Of a DNA stretch of 64,000 nt, positions 49,258 through 59,296 are shown one piece after another. The notes below the pieces were generated by a model, which was not told the DNA's origin, made no database searches, and saw only the letters and a program-made list of their open reading frames with translations. The stretch is from Alphaproteobacteria bacterium (GTDB lineage: Bacteria > Pseudomonadota > Alphaproteobacteria > UBA828), in contig CAXXMU010000005.1 of NCBI GenBank assembly GCA_963667785.2, forward strand, positions 64,001 through 128,000, in the 5' to 3' direction. A program made the position numbers and the translations under genes. How positions within the stretch are numbered: position 1 is the stretch's first letter; every line of letters starts with the position of its first letter.

Positions 49258-50298
49258 TCAGGCGGCCGGCACCGGCGCGTCCTCGTGCAGCAGGCGCCGG
49301 GCCTTCAGCTCCGCCCAGAACGCCGCCGGAATCGACTCCTCCAGCAGGGCCGCGTTCTGCCGCACCTCGCGCGGCGTCATGGCGCCGGGAATGACGCTCC
49401 TGACCGCGGGATGCGCCAGCACGAACTGCAGCGCCGCTGCGGGCAGCGTCACGCCGTGGCGGGTGCACACGGCCTCGAGCCGGCGCACGCGCTCCATGAC
49501 GGCGGGCGGCGCGGGCTCGTAGTTGAACTTCGCGCCGTCGACCGCGCCGGTCGCGAGGATCCCTGAGTTGAACGGCCCGCCGAGGATGATGCCCACGTCG
49601 CGCGCGAGGCAGGCGGGAAGGAAGCTCTCCAGCGGCTCCTGCTCCAGCAGGGTATAGCGGCCGGCGAGCAGGAAGCAGTCGAAGTCGCCGCGCTCGAGCA
49701 GCGCCGCGCAGGCCTGCCATTCGTTGACGCCCGCGCCGATGGCCGCGATGCGGCCCGTGGCCCTGAGCTCCTCCAGGGCGCGGTAGCCGCCGCCCTCGAA
49801 GAGCTCGCGCACCTTCTCGTCCGCCAGCGCCTGGCTGCCGTGGGTCCAGACGTCCACGTCGTGAACGAGCAGGATGTCGAGAGCCTCGATCCGCAGCCGC
49901 CGCAGGCTCGATTCCAGGCTGCGCATCACGCCGTCATAGGTGTAGTCGAACACCACCTTCTTCTGCGGCACGTCGACGAATTGCGGCGTCTCGGTCGCCT
50001 CCTCGGCCGGGCAGTCGACGATGAGCCGCCCGATCTTGCTGGAGAGCACGACCATCTCGCGCCCCATGGCGTCGAGCGCGGTGCCGAAGCGCTCCTCCGA
50101 GAGACCGAGGCCGTAGAAGGGCGCGGTATCGAAGAACCTGATGCCGCTTGCATGGGCCGCGCGGAGCGTGGCCTGGGCGTCCTCCTCCGACACGCCGCGA
50201 TAGAGATTGCCGAGCGGCGCGCCGCCGAAGCCGAGCCGCGTGAGCCCGAGGGGGCGGGAGGTGCGCGCGTTGAGCAGCGCCGTGTCGCCTGCCTTCAC
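49258..50298 (-). CDS. Aldo/keto reductase (pyridoxal/aldose dehydrogenase-like)
   Basis: GFGGAPLGNLY, FDTAPFYG, SSKIGR, LAGRYTLL, GGPFNSG. Confidence 0.9.
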   Translation of the reverse strand: MKAGDTALLNARTSRPLGLTRLGFGGAPLGNLYRGVSEEDAQATLRAAHASGIRFFDTAPFYGLGLSEERFGTALDAMGREMVVLSSKIGRLIVDCPAEEATETPQFVDVPQKKVVFDYTYDGVMRSLESSLRRLRIEALDILLVHDVDVWTHGSQALADEKVRELFEGGGYRALEELRATGRIAAIGAGVNEWQACAALLERGDFDCFLLAGRYTLLEQEPLESFLPACLARDVGIILGGPFNSGILATGAVDGAKFNYEPAPPAVMERVRRLEAVCTRHGVTLPAAALQFVLAHPAVRSVIPGAMTPREVRQNAALLEESIPAAFWAELKARRLLHEDAPVPAA

Positions 50299-50327
50299 CG
50301 ATCGATTTCCCTGCCGCTGCCGCCCCT

Positions 50328-50390
50328 TAGGAGCGTGTCCGTTTCACCTGGAAACGCTCCAGACTCCTTGTCGCTCGCGGCAGCCGGCCG
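50328..50390 (+). repeat. Palindromic element family 1, truncated left arm
   Basis: GGAGCGTGTCCG..GGAAACGCTCCAG..TGTCGCTCGCGGCAGCCGGCC matches the reverse complement of ~52870-52928. Confidence 0.7.
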
Positions 50391-50397
50391 TCCAGCG

Positions 50398-50528
50398 ATT
50401 CCGTACGCCTGCCGGCGCGACAACTCCGCGCGCCTGCCGGCTGTCATTGGATTCCGCGCGCCTGCCGGCGCGACAACTCCGCGCGCCTGCCGGCTGTCAT
50501 TGGATTCCGCGCGCCTGCCGGCGCGACA
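50398..50528. repeat. 53-bp tandem repeat, about 2.5 copies
   Basis: Unit ATTCCGCGCGCCTGCCGGCGCGACAACTCCGCGCGCCTGCCGGCTGTCATTGG at 50398, 50451 and 50504 (partial). Confidence 0.9.
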
Positions 50529-50944
50529 GTGAGTCCGGCGGCGGGCCATGTCAACGGCGCCGCAGGCTGTGCGGCGCGACAGCGGCGCCGTGCGTTCCGG
50601 GTGCGAACCCCGGCCGAGGGACCGGAATGGGTTCCGTCCGCACGGCTCGATCGGCTAGAAGACCCCGATGGAGCCGACCAGGGTCTCGGGGCCGGCATGC
50701 CGGCCCTGAGACGAACGAGCTTGGGTTTTCTCGCATCCGGTGGTCCATCATCGGGGGCACGTCCATCGTGGTCCGTCCTGGCTCCCGCGCCTACGGGGAC
50801 CAACCGGTGAGGGGTGGTCGACGGTGAGGAGCCCAATCGGCCACCTCACCCGAGGGTCTGGCGGAAGCCTCTATCCCCCTCGTGCAATGCAGGAGCGGGC
50901 TCCGGCTCCCTACGTGGAGCCGCGGGACGGCACAGGGTGACGCG

Positions 50945-52009
50945 ATGTCCATGTTTCGCGCCTCACCCCGGGATGTCGCCGCCTGGCTCGAGCAAAACCG
51001 GGTGGAGCATGTCGTTCTAAGGTATGGACCCCGCACGCTCGACACGCGGGTGGGGGACGTGGACCTGCTGATGGACGACCGGGCGATCGCCGCTCTCAAG
51101 ACGGCGTTCCGGGGCCGGAGATCGGGCACCAAGATCGACGTTTACGGGATCGAGGGGCTGCACGGGAGCGACTACCACGGGTTCCCCCACCTGCCGGAGC
51201 GGCTGGGCCGGCAAATCCTGGCCCGGCGGCGCCGGGTTGCAGGCGTCTGGGTGCCGCATCCGCTGGACGAGCTGAACGGCCTGCTCTACCACCTGGCCTA
51301 TCACAAGAGCGTTCAGTCCGGGGTTCACGTCAGCGATCCGGCGCGCTCCGCACCGACCCAAGGGACCGAGCGTCTCGCGGCCCTCCAGACGGAATGCGGC
51401 ATCGCCGTCACCTGCACTCTCGAGGGCTTTCACCGCCATCTCGAGTCCTGCGGCCTGACGGTCAGCGAGGCACGCCTCGTCGCCTATATCGAGCACGACT
51501 TCCGTCACGGACGAAAGTCCCTCTTCCACGCCCTGCTGCAGGACCGGCATCCGGGCGAGCTGAACCTGTTCGTGATCCGCGCAGTGGCGCTAAGATACGG
51601 CAAGAGCGAGGCGCTGATCGAGCGCCTCGGCGAGCGCTACCGGATCGTCTCCGTCAAGGCCATCGACCGGTGGACCCGGCTGACCCGGGCCGGACGCATG
51701 CGCGGCGGCAAGTGGCGCCGTGGCGGAAGGCCTCGCATCGCGGTCGTGGTGTTCGATCCCGCACCCGTCCCCACCACGGCCGAAGAGCGCGAGGTCCATC
51801 CCTTCGTGTTCAACCGCAACCAGTTCGTCAAGGTCGAGTGGCGCGACTGGTTTTGCCGTGAGACCGCAGCGCGCGCCAAGGACAACCCGATTCATTCGAC
51901 CGACAACGAGGCGGAGGCGCTGGGCCATCTGCCGCTGTTCTTCTCGGCCGAGGAGCGGGAGCAGATCAGGCGGTCCCTGCCGGCGCTGCGGGCGGAGGCT
52001 TCACGGTGA
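50945..52009 (+). CDS. Hypothetical: nucleotidyltransferase-like N-terminus plus NDP-kinase-like C-terminus
   Basis: VVLR..GDVDLL..KIDVYG; C-terminal LFVIRAV..YRIVSVK..PRIAVVVFD..NPIHSTDNEAEA..LFF. Confidence 0.6.
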   Translation: MSMFRASPRDVAAWLEQNRVEHVVLRYGPRTLDTRVGDVDLLMDDRAIAALKTAFRGRRSGTKIDVYGIEGLHGSDYHGFPHLPERLGRQILARRRRVAGVWVPHPLDELNGLLYHLAYHKSVQSGVHVSDPARSAPTQGTERLAALQTECGIAVTCTLEGFHRHLESCGLTVSEARLVAYIEHDFRHGRKSLFHALLQDRHPGELNLFVIRAVALRYGKSEALIERLGERYRIVSVKAIDRWTRLTRAGRMRGGKWRRGGRPRIAVVVFDPAPVPTTAEEREVHPFVFNRNQFVKVEWRDWFCRETAARAKDNPIHSTDNEAEALGHLPLFFSAEEREQIRRSLPALRAEASR

Positions 52010-52815
52010 GGGCGCTATCCCGCCTCTTGCGGCGCGAGTACGCGAGCCTGCGCATCGCCCCGCGCAAGCGGCGATTGATCGGGCAGCTCTCGACACACTT
52101 CGAGCACCCGGTCTCGCTGTATCGAGCCGGGTCACGCGGGCGGGACAGCGTGTTTCTGGTGAGGGACAGCAGCGCAATCCTGGGCGCGTTGCGCCTGTGC
52201 AATCCCTATCTGCGACGGAAGCCGCTTTCTGCCGACATGCCCTTCACCACGCTGAGCGACGGCGAGCGCCTCTCGCGCGAGTGGCGCTGCTACGCCGAAG
52301 CGGGCCCCGCGGGTATCACGCCCAGCCCCCTGTGGCGCGACGAGGACGCGTTGATGTGCGCATTTGTCGCGGGGCCCCGCTTTTCCGACCGGCTGTCGCA
52401 AGACCCGTCGTCGTTCTGGGGCCTGCTGGTCCGCGCCAGCCGCGCTCTCGCCAGCCTGCATGCTCTCGGCATTACCCATATGGATGCGTCGCTCGCCAAC
52501 ATGATCGACACTGGCGACGGCTGCCGGTTGATCGATTTCGAATACGGGCCGCGGGCCGGTATCACCCTGGAACAGCAGATGGCCTACGACCACCTGCGCC
52601 TGCTGGAAAGCAGCCTCAAGTTCATGCCCGCCGGAGAGCAGACGAGGATCGACACCTGGCTCGACGCGCTGGACGCGGTGCTGCCGCAAGAGGTGCGCGG
52701 GGTCGATGTCGCACCCCTGGCTCCCGCCCTCACGCGGGTGCTGGCGTGGCGCGATCTCAGCCACCGGCTGGCGGCGATCTTTAGAGCGTATCCGTCTTTG
52801 ACGGATACGCGATAG
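52006..52815 (+). CDS. Protein-kinase-like fold phosphotransferase (Kdo/Bud32/RIO-like)
   Basis: LHALGITHMDASLAN catalytic loop, LIDFE; GTGA overlap with upstream gene. Confidence 0.7.
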   Translation: MRALSRLLRREYASLRIAPRKRRLIGQLSTHFEHPVSLYRAGSRGRDSVFLVRDSSAILGALRLCNPYLRRKPLSADMPFTTLSDGERLSREWRCYAEAGPAGITPSPLWRDEDALMCAFVAGPRFSDRLSQDPSSFWGLLVRASRALASLHALGITHMDASLANMIDTGDGCRLIDFEYGPRAGITLEQQMAYDHLRLLESSLKFMPAGEQTRIDTWLDALDAVLPQEVRGVDVAPLAPALTRVLAWRDLSHRLAAIFRAYPSLTDTR

Positions 52816-52931
52816 GCCGCGACTGCGGCCCGCCGCTTATGCGGCGCCCTCGCGGAGGCGCCGGCCGCAGGCCGGCTGCCGTGAGCGACAAAGAGGCTGG
52901 AGCGTTTCCGTGTAAAGCGGACACGCTCTAG
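52782..52931 (-). repeat. Palindromic element family 1, copy 3 (inverted)
   Basis: Reverse complement of the 1991-2139 core; TAGAGCG...CGCTCTAG ends. Confidence 0.85.
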
Positions 52932-53253
52932 ATCTATCGACGAGCGTGGCTGACGACACTCGGCGTGCCGGGGCGGCGGGGAGGAGTCCGCGCCCTCCTC
53001 CCTGCCCGCCTACCGGCGCGCCGCCGCGCACACCCGTCACTCCGCCGGGCAGCCGTGCTCCGGTGCGATCATGGGACGCCTCACGCCGTTCCGCCGCACC
53101 CCGCGGCGGTGTCCCAATGGCATAGACGACCAACCGAATAACAATAAATTATAGGATGAATCAGAATTCGGTGTTGGACCATATTCGAAGGCGCCGCCAC
53201 ATGGTGAACTGCGCGACATGCAGTTGATCCCCTGCGGGACGGGGAACGCCACT

Positions 53254-54177
53254 ATGTTCGAGAAGCGAAGAGATCTGATCAAGTTCCTCGCCGTGGTCGA
53301 GACCGGCGCCATACTCGCCGCCGCCGACAAGCTCGGCATCTCGCAGCCCGCGCTTTCCCGGGTTGTCGCGAGGATCGAGCGCCAGTTCGGCGGGCGACTG
53401 TTCGAGCGCCTGCCCACCGGCGTCCGCCTCACGCCGCTCGGCGTGGTGGTCGCCGATCTGGCGCGCCACATCCTCTCCGAGATCGAAGCCGCCGAGGAGC
53501 AGATCGGTGCGACGCTCTCCGGCCGTACCGGCTGCCTGCGCGTCACCGCGGGCCCGATGTGGATGCAGGCCATACTCCCCGTGGCCATCGCCAAATTCCA
53601 CAGGACCTATCCCGGCGTGGAATTCAGGCTGCACACCGCCACCCGGCACGAGGGCATCCGCCTCCTCACCGACGGCGAGACCGACCTCCACTGCGGCGGC
53701 ATCGAGACCGAAGAGCCCCTGCCGCAATTTCTCAGGCACGAACGACTCCTCGACATGACCTGGGGTATCGTCGCCCACAAGGACCATCCGCTCCATTCGC
53801 GAACGGTGAGCGACGACGCGCTCGTCGACTACCCGTGGATCGACTACGACGCGTCGCTGCGGGCGGTGAACGGTGCGCGGCCGGTGCTGGCCGACATCAT
53901 CGACCAGCTCCACAACAGAACGGGACGGCGGGTGAGGGTCGCCATCCGCGGCGGCTCGGCCAGCCTCTCCCTGATGGAAACGGGCCCCTACCTCTCGTGG
54001 CTCTCGCTGACCTTCCTCGAGAGACTGCCCGAGCCTGCGCTCCGACCACTGGCGGTGGCCTTCGGCACGCACCGCTACCGGGCCGGGATCGTGTCGCGGC
54101 GTTCGTCGGAGGATCGTGCCCCGTTCGGACTCTTCAAGGCGATCCTGCGGGAAGAGATCTCGGCAAACCACACGTGA
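53254..54177 (+). CDS. LysR-family transcriptional regulator
   Basis: FLAVVETG..AADKLGISQPALSR..LFER..LTPLG. Confidence 0.92.
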   Translation: MFEKRRDLIKFLAVVETGAILAAADKLGISQPALSRVVARIERQFGGRLFERLPTGVRLTPLGVVVADLARHILSEIEAAEEQIGATLSGRTGCLRVTAGPMWMQAILPVAIAKFHRTYPGVEFRLHTATRHEGIRLLTDGETDLHCGGIETEEPLPQFLRHERLLDMTWGIVAHKDHPLHSRTVSDDALVDYPWIDYDASLRAVNGARPVLADIIDQLHNRTGRRVRVAIRGGSASLSLMETGPYLSWLSLTFLERLPEPALRPLAVAFGTHRYRAGIVSRRSSEDRAPFGLFKAILREEISANHT

Positions 54178-54549
54178 CCTCACATATTGAGAATGCCAAC
54201 TGCCTCGTTCTCCTTCCCGGCGCTCCCGGCCGTTCTAACCGGATCGATTCGCCGATCGTGCGGCGCTGTGTCCACCGAGGGAGAGGCATCCGAAGGCCGT
54301 CATCGGCGCGCAACAAGCGCCACCATGTGCGCCTTCTCCCCCGCTACGAAGCGGGATGAGAGCGCTCGTTAGCGGATCGACATGTGAAATTGTGTCAGAA
54401 TTACTTGAACACTGACGTCTCCTTATACCCGGTGAAATAAGTGATATGCTAAAGCAGCATATTGCTTCTTATCCCTGCCATAACCAGACAGTAACCTGCT
54501 ATAAAGTGGAAATTTATTTTTTCAATCACACTCGGCGGAGGGTGCATTC

Positions 54550-54833
54550 ATGGCCACGAGATCTCCGACCCGGATCGACGAGAGCAATCTGACGAAGGCG
54601 CAGCGTCGCAAGCTCGACGCATTGCGCCGGTCGGTGGGAGACGAAATCGGCAACCGGGCGTTCGTCGCGTGGCTTTCCGCGCAACCGGCGGCGGCGGCCG
54701 AGCTGGACGAGAACGCGGTGCTGATCGCCGAGACGCTCTGGGCGCTCATCGAGGACGGCAGGCTGGCGATCCCGCGCGGCGGCTATCTCGTCAGGCGCGG
54801 CCACGGCCGGGTCGTCGTCGAGAAGGCGAGAGG

Positions 54834-54837
<4 letters not shown>
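54550..54837 (+). CDS. Small hypothetical protein (95 aa)
   Basis: GGAGG RBS; basic N- and C-terminal segments; AT-rich upstream region. Confidence 0.65.
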
Positions 54838-55244
<407 letters not shown>

Positions 55245-55316
55245 GATGCCCTCCCCCGGCAGCGCGCCGCCCCGCCCCGATCCCCCGATCGCCGGGCACG
55301 CACGGCATGTGTCGAG

Positions 55317-55392
55317 CGCCACGCGCTCGCGGAGTATGCCCAACGCCACGCGCTCGCGGAGTATGCCCAGCGCCACGCGCTCGCTGACTATG
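55317..55392. repeat. 27-bp tandem repeat, about 2.8 copies
   Basis: CGCCACGCGCTCGCGGAGTATGCCCAR at 55317 and 55344, degenerate at 55371. Confidence 0.9.
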
Positions 55393-55458
55393 GACTATAT
55401 AGTACGCCCGGCGGCACCGGCAGGCGGACGGCCCGCCGGAGAGGTCGGGGAGGCACCC

Positions 55459-56421
55459 ATGGCACGGCCCGCACCTGCGGCAGTCGACTCCATCGCATTG
55501 CTCGGCACCGGGACCATCGGCGCAAGCTGGGCGACGCACTTCCTCGCGCGCGGCCTTGCGGTCACGGCCTGGGATCCGGCGGCGGACGCCGATGCCCGGC
55601 TGCGCGCCTTCATCGACGCCGCCTGGCCGACGATGGAGCGGCTCGGGCTCGCAGACGGCGCCGATCCGGCGCAGGTCCGCGTCGTCGACGATCCGGCGAA
55701 GGCGGTGGAAGGCGCCGTCTTCGTGCAGGAGAACGCGCCGGAGGACCAGGCGCTCAAGCGCGAGCTCTACCGCCGGATCGACCCGGCGCTCGGTGCGGAC
55801 GCGGTGCTCGCGTCGAGCTCGTCGGGCCTCCTCATCAGCACCCTGCAGGAGGGCATGCGGAACGGCGCGCGCTTCGTCGTCGGCCATCCCTTCAACCCGC
55901 CCCATCTCATTCCGCTGGTCGAGGTGGTGGGCGGCAGCGGCACCGATCCCGAGGTGGTGGCGTGGACGCTCGCCTTCTACAACGCCCACGGCAAGCGGGC
56001 GATCAGGGTCGAGCGCGAGGTGCCGGGCCACATCGCCAACCGGCTGCAGGCGGCGCTGCTGCGCGAGGCCTTCCACCTGCTGCTCTCGGGTACGGCCAGC
56101 GCCGCCGACATCGACGCGGCCGTCGCCCACGGGCCGGGCCTGCGCTGGGCCTTCATGGGGCCGTTCCTCACCATGCACCTCGCCGGCGGTGAGGCCGGCT
56201 TTCGCGGCGCGCTCGGCCATTTCGGCCCTGGGCTGGAGAGCTGGTGGGCCGAGCGCGGCACGCCGCGCCTCGATGCGGATGCGATCGACGCCCTGAGCCG
56301 CGCGGTCGACGAGATGCTGCACGGCCACCCGATCGCGGCGCTCGCGGCCGAGCGCGATTCCAGGCTGCTCGCCCTGCTGGCGGCGCTGGAGGGCTCGGGC
56401 CCGCCGCCGGACACGGCCTGA
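55459..56421 (+). CDS. 3-hydroxyacyl-CoA dehydrogenase family (carnitine dehydrogenase-like)
   Basis: GTGTIG, QENAPE, SSSS, HPFNPPHL, GHIANRLQ, GPGLRWA. Confidence 0.88.
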   Translation: MARPAPAAVDSIALLGTGTIGASWATHFLARGLAVTAWDPAADADARLRAFIDAAWPTMERLGLADGADPAQVRVVDDPAKAVEGAVFVQENAPEDQALKRELYRRIDPALGADAVLASSSSGLLISTLQEGMRNGARFVVGHPFNPPHLIPLVEVVGGSGTDPEVVAWTLAFYNAHGKRAIRVEREVPGHIANRLQAALLREAFHLLLSGTASAADIDAAVAHGPGLRWAFMGPFLTMHLAGGEAGFRGALGHFGPGLESWWAERGTPRLDADAIDALSRAVDEMLHGHPIAALAAERDSRLLALLAALEGSGPPPDTA

Positions 56422-56451
56422 CCCGGAATTCGCGCCGCGGGAGAAGCCCCG

Positions 56452-57537
56452 TCAGGAGTTCTGCCGTCGGAGGGATGCGTCTCGCCCGCCGGAAGCCCCG
56501 GCCATGCTGCCCGGCGGTCGACACGTGGAGCCGCGCACCTTGATCTCGCCGTGCAACCTGACCGAGGGGATCGGCGTTCCGTCCGTGAGGAAGTCGCAGA
56601 TCGCCTGCGCGCTCTCCTGGCCCATCGCGGCCACGGGCAGGCTGATGCAGGTCAGGCGCGGATGGCTGTGCTCGGACCAGGAGATGTGATCGAACCCCAT
56701 GACCGACATGTCGCGGGGCAGGAGGAGGCCGCTGCGCTGAAGCTCGAACATCGCGCCGAGCGCGATGAGATCGGTAACGCAAAGCAGCGCGGTCGGACGC
56801 CGGTCCAGCGCCAGGGCCTCTCTCGCAGCGGCGACGCCGCCTCTCACGCTGATCTCGGTCTCGATCTTCTGCAGCGAGCGCACGCCCTCGACCGATTCCG
56901 CGCCGCGAATCCTGAACCGGGCCCGGTCGTTCTGCGCCGTGGGCCCAGAGACGAGCGCGACATCCCTGTGGCCGAGGTCGAGCAGATGCCGCATGGCCTG
57001 GCGTCCGAGCGCGGTGTTGTCGTAGCCGATGGTCGGCAGCGGGGCGGAGGCCTCGTAGATCGAGGTTGCGACCACGGGCGCTCCGAACCGCTTGGCCATG
57101 CCGGTGAGCTCGGGCTCGTGATCCAGCCCGGTGACGATCAGCGCCCTCGCGCCCATCTCGAGCAGCGAGCGGGCGCGCTCGAGCTCCACGCGGCGGTCCA
57201 TGCCGGTCGTGGCGATGAGCAGGCAGTAGCCGTTGGCGTCCAGCCTGGCCTCCAGGGCTTCCAGAAACGCCGCGAAGATCGCGTGGTTGATGCTGGGGAT
57301 CACGGCGCCGACGGTGTTGGTGCCGCCTGCGTTGAGAGCACGCGCGAGAGGGTCGGGCGCGAATTCGAGGCGGGCGAAGACCCGCAGCACGTCCTCGCGA
57401 GTTGCCGGGGAGACCGACGGCGAGCCGTTCAGGACCCGCGATGCGGTGGCGATCGAGACCCCGGCCTCGCGCGCGACATCCCGCAGGGTGATCCGTCCCG
57501 AGGATTGCTTGCTCCGCAGTGGTCTGCGTTCGGGCAT
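56452..57537 (-). CDS. LacI-family transcriptional regulator
   Basis: ITLRDVAREAGVSIATASRVLN HTH; ARAL hinge; SVMGFD. Confidence 0.93.
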   Translation of the reverse strand: MPERRPLRSKQSSGRITLRDVAREAGVSIATASRVLNGSPSVSPATREDVLRVFARLEFAPDPLARALNAGGTNTVGAVIPSINHAIFAAFLEALEARLDANGYCLLIATTGMDRRVELERARSLLEMGARALIVTGLDHEPELTGMAKRFGAPVVATSIYEASAPLPTIGYDNTALGRQAMRHLLDLGHRDVALVSGPTAQNDRARFRIRGAESVEGVRSLQKIETEISVRGGVAAAREALALDRRPTALLCVTDLIALGAMFELQRSGLLLPRDMSVMGFDHISWSEHSHPRLTCISLPVAAMGQESAQAICDFLTDGTPIPSVRLHGEIKVRGSTCRPPGSMAGASGGRDASLRRQNS

Positions 57538-57897
57538 TCCGACTCCGGTGCGAGTTATGCCGCGGGCGCCATGCGCCCCTTTGCCGAGGGCACCCTGCGG
57601 GGGGCTGCACGGCCTAAGGCGCGACGAGCCGGGCCTCGCCTCCTGCGATCAGGACGCCCGGGACGACGCCGGGCCCGGCGGAGCCCCGCATGCACCCGCA
57701 GTGTATCCCTAGGCATCGAAATTCTGTCGTTCGGAGGCTGATCGGTCAAGCATTGGCGCACTGAGCGGATTTCCCGCCCCCGACACGGTCCACACGGCCC
57801 ACGCCCAGCGCAGGCACGCCCGCGTTAGCGAACGGGCGCGGGACATCGCGGGGCGCCCGTGCCCCTCTTCGCCGTGGAACCGTGCAACGGGCTTCCC

Positions 57898-57962
57898 TGT
57901 AACCGGTCACAAGTGCTACAGTTCGCATATGTAACCGGTACCATCAATTGTAACCGGTTGCA
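57898..57962. promoter_or_regulatory. Three LacI-type operator palindromes upstream of tauA
   Basis: TGTAACCGGTCACA (57898), TGTAACCGGTACCA (57930), TGTAACCGGTTGCA (57949). Confidence 0.75.
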
Positions 57963-58117
57963 TGGGTCGAAGGAACCGGTCCGCGTGCGCCCCGAATTGG
58001 GGCCCCGACGTGATGGCGAGATGTCGCTATGACCGCATCGGTAGACAATCCCGGACGCAGCGCGGAAACCCCAATCGCACAAATCGTGCACATTGCGCAT
58101 CGAAAGGAGTGCTCGAC

Positions 58118-59092
58118 ATGAAACGCACCGGCTTCATGGCGGTCGTCGCTGCGGGGGTGGCGATGCTGTTCGCTTCGTCGGCATCCGCCCTCGACAAGAT
58201 CACGGTGGCCTACTTCCTCGAATGGCCGACCGCGAACCAGGTTGCGCAACTCGAGAAGACCTATGACGAGGCGATGGGCGTCGAGGTGGAGTGGCGCGCC
58301 TTCGGCAACGGCAACGAGATGAGCCAGGCGATGGTCTCGGGCGACGTGCAGATCGCCTATTCCCAGGGGCTGGTTCCCTGGGTGGTCGCGGTCACCAACG
58401 GGCTCCCGCTCAAGCTCGTCGGCGTCGCGGTGAGCTACGCCGAGGCCGACAACTGCGTCGTCCACGCCGACACCGGCATCACGCAGGCGAACGCGGCCGA
58501 GCTGGAGGGCATGCAGATCGCGACCCCGATCGGCAACGTCACCCACTACAAGCTGCTGCGCACGCTGGATCATCTCGGCGTCGATGCGTCGAAGGTCGAC
58601 ATGGTGCAGATGAACGGCGCCGACGCGTCGGTCGCGCTCGCGCGCGGGGACGTGGCTGCGGCCTGCGCCTTCGGCGGCCCGCTCCAGCGGATGAAGGAGT
58701 ATGGCGACGAGCTGATGACCCCGGCAGAGCAGGAGGCGATCGGCATTCGCGTCTTCGACGTCGTCTCGGTGACAGAGAGCTTCGCCAACGAGCATCCCGA
58801 CCTGCTGAAGAAGTTCATGGCGGTGACCGACCAGGCGAACGCGGCCTACAACGCGGATTCGGCGCCGTTCGTGGAGACCATCTCCAAGGCCGCCGGCATG
58901 GACCTCGCCGCGACGGAAGACATGCTCGGCATGTTCTCCTTCCCCTCGGCGGCCGACCAGAAGTCGGAAGCGTGGATGGGCGGCACCGTGCAGGCCTTCA
59001 CCAAGGAAGTGGCGGACTTCTTCGTCCAGCAGGGCCAGCTCGACAGCGCTCTCGACAGCTACGACTTCGCGATCGACGACAGCTACCTGTAG
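58118..59092 (+). CDS. tauA: Taurine/sulfonate ABC transporter substrate-binding protein
   Basis: AAGGAG RBS, signal peptide, ITVAYFLEWPT, EWRAF..G.EMSQAM.SGDV; linkage to xsc. Confidence 0.8.
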   Translation: MKRTGFMAVVAAGVAMLFASSASALDKITVAYFLEWPTANQVAQLEKTYDEAMGVEVEWRAFGNGNEMSQAMVSGDVQIAYSQGLVPWVVAVTNGLPLKLVGVAVSYAEADNCVVHADTGITQANAAELEGMQIATPIGNVTHYKLLRTLDHLGVDASKVDMVQMNGADASVALARGDVAAACAFGGPLQRMKEYGDELMTPAEQEAIGIRVFDVVSVTESFANEHPDLLKKFMAVTDQANAAYNADSAPFVETISKAAGMDLAATEDMLGMFSFPSAADQKSEAWMGGTVQAFTKEVADFFVQQGQLDSALDSYDFAIDDSYL

Positions 59093-59296
59093 GCACTGTC
59101 GCTCGCGGCCGGAAGGCCGAGACGGGGCCTGATCTCCCCGCCTCGCCGCATCCTTGAGGAGCGGCAGGGCGGGGAGCACCGGCCGCCGACACCCTGCCTT
59201 CGCGCACGGTGAGCGGCGGCGCGGCGCGCGTGTGGCGCGGGGCACTTGCCGCTGTTAGGGTCCGGACTGTGCCGGATCCCGGATGAGGAAGGCGCA

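Noticed and set aside
50398-50528. 53-bp repeats as a CRISPR array
   Set aside because: Units are contiguous with no unique spacers
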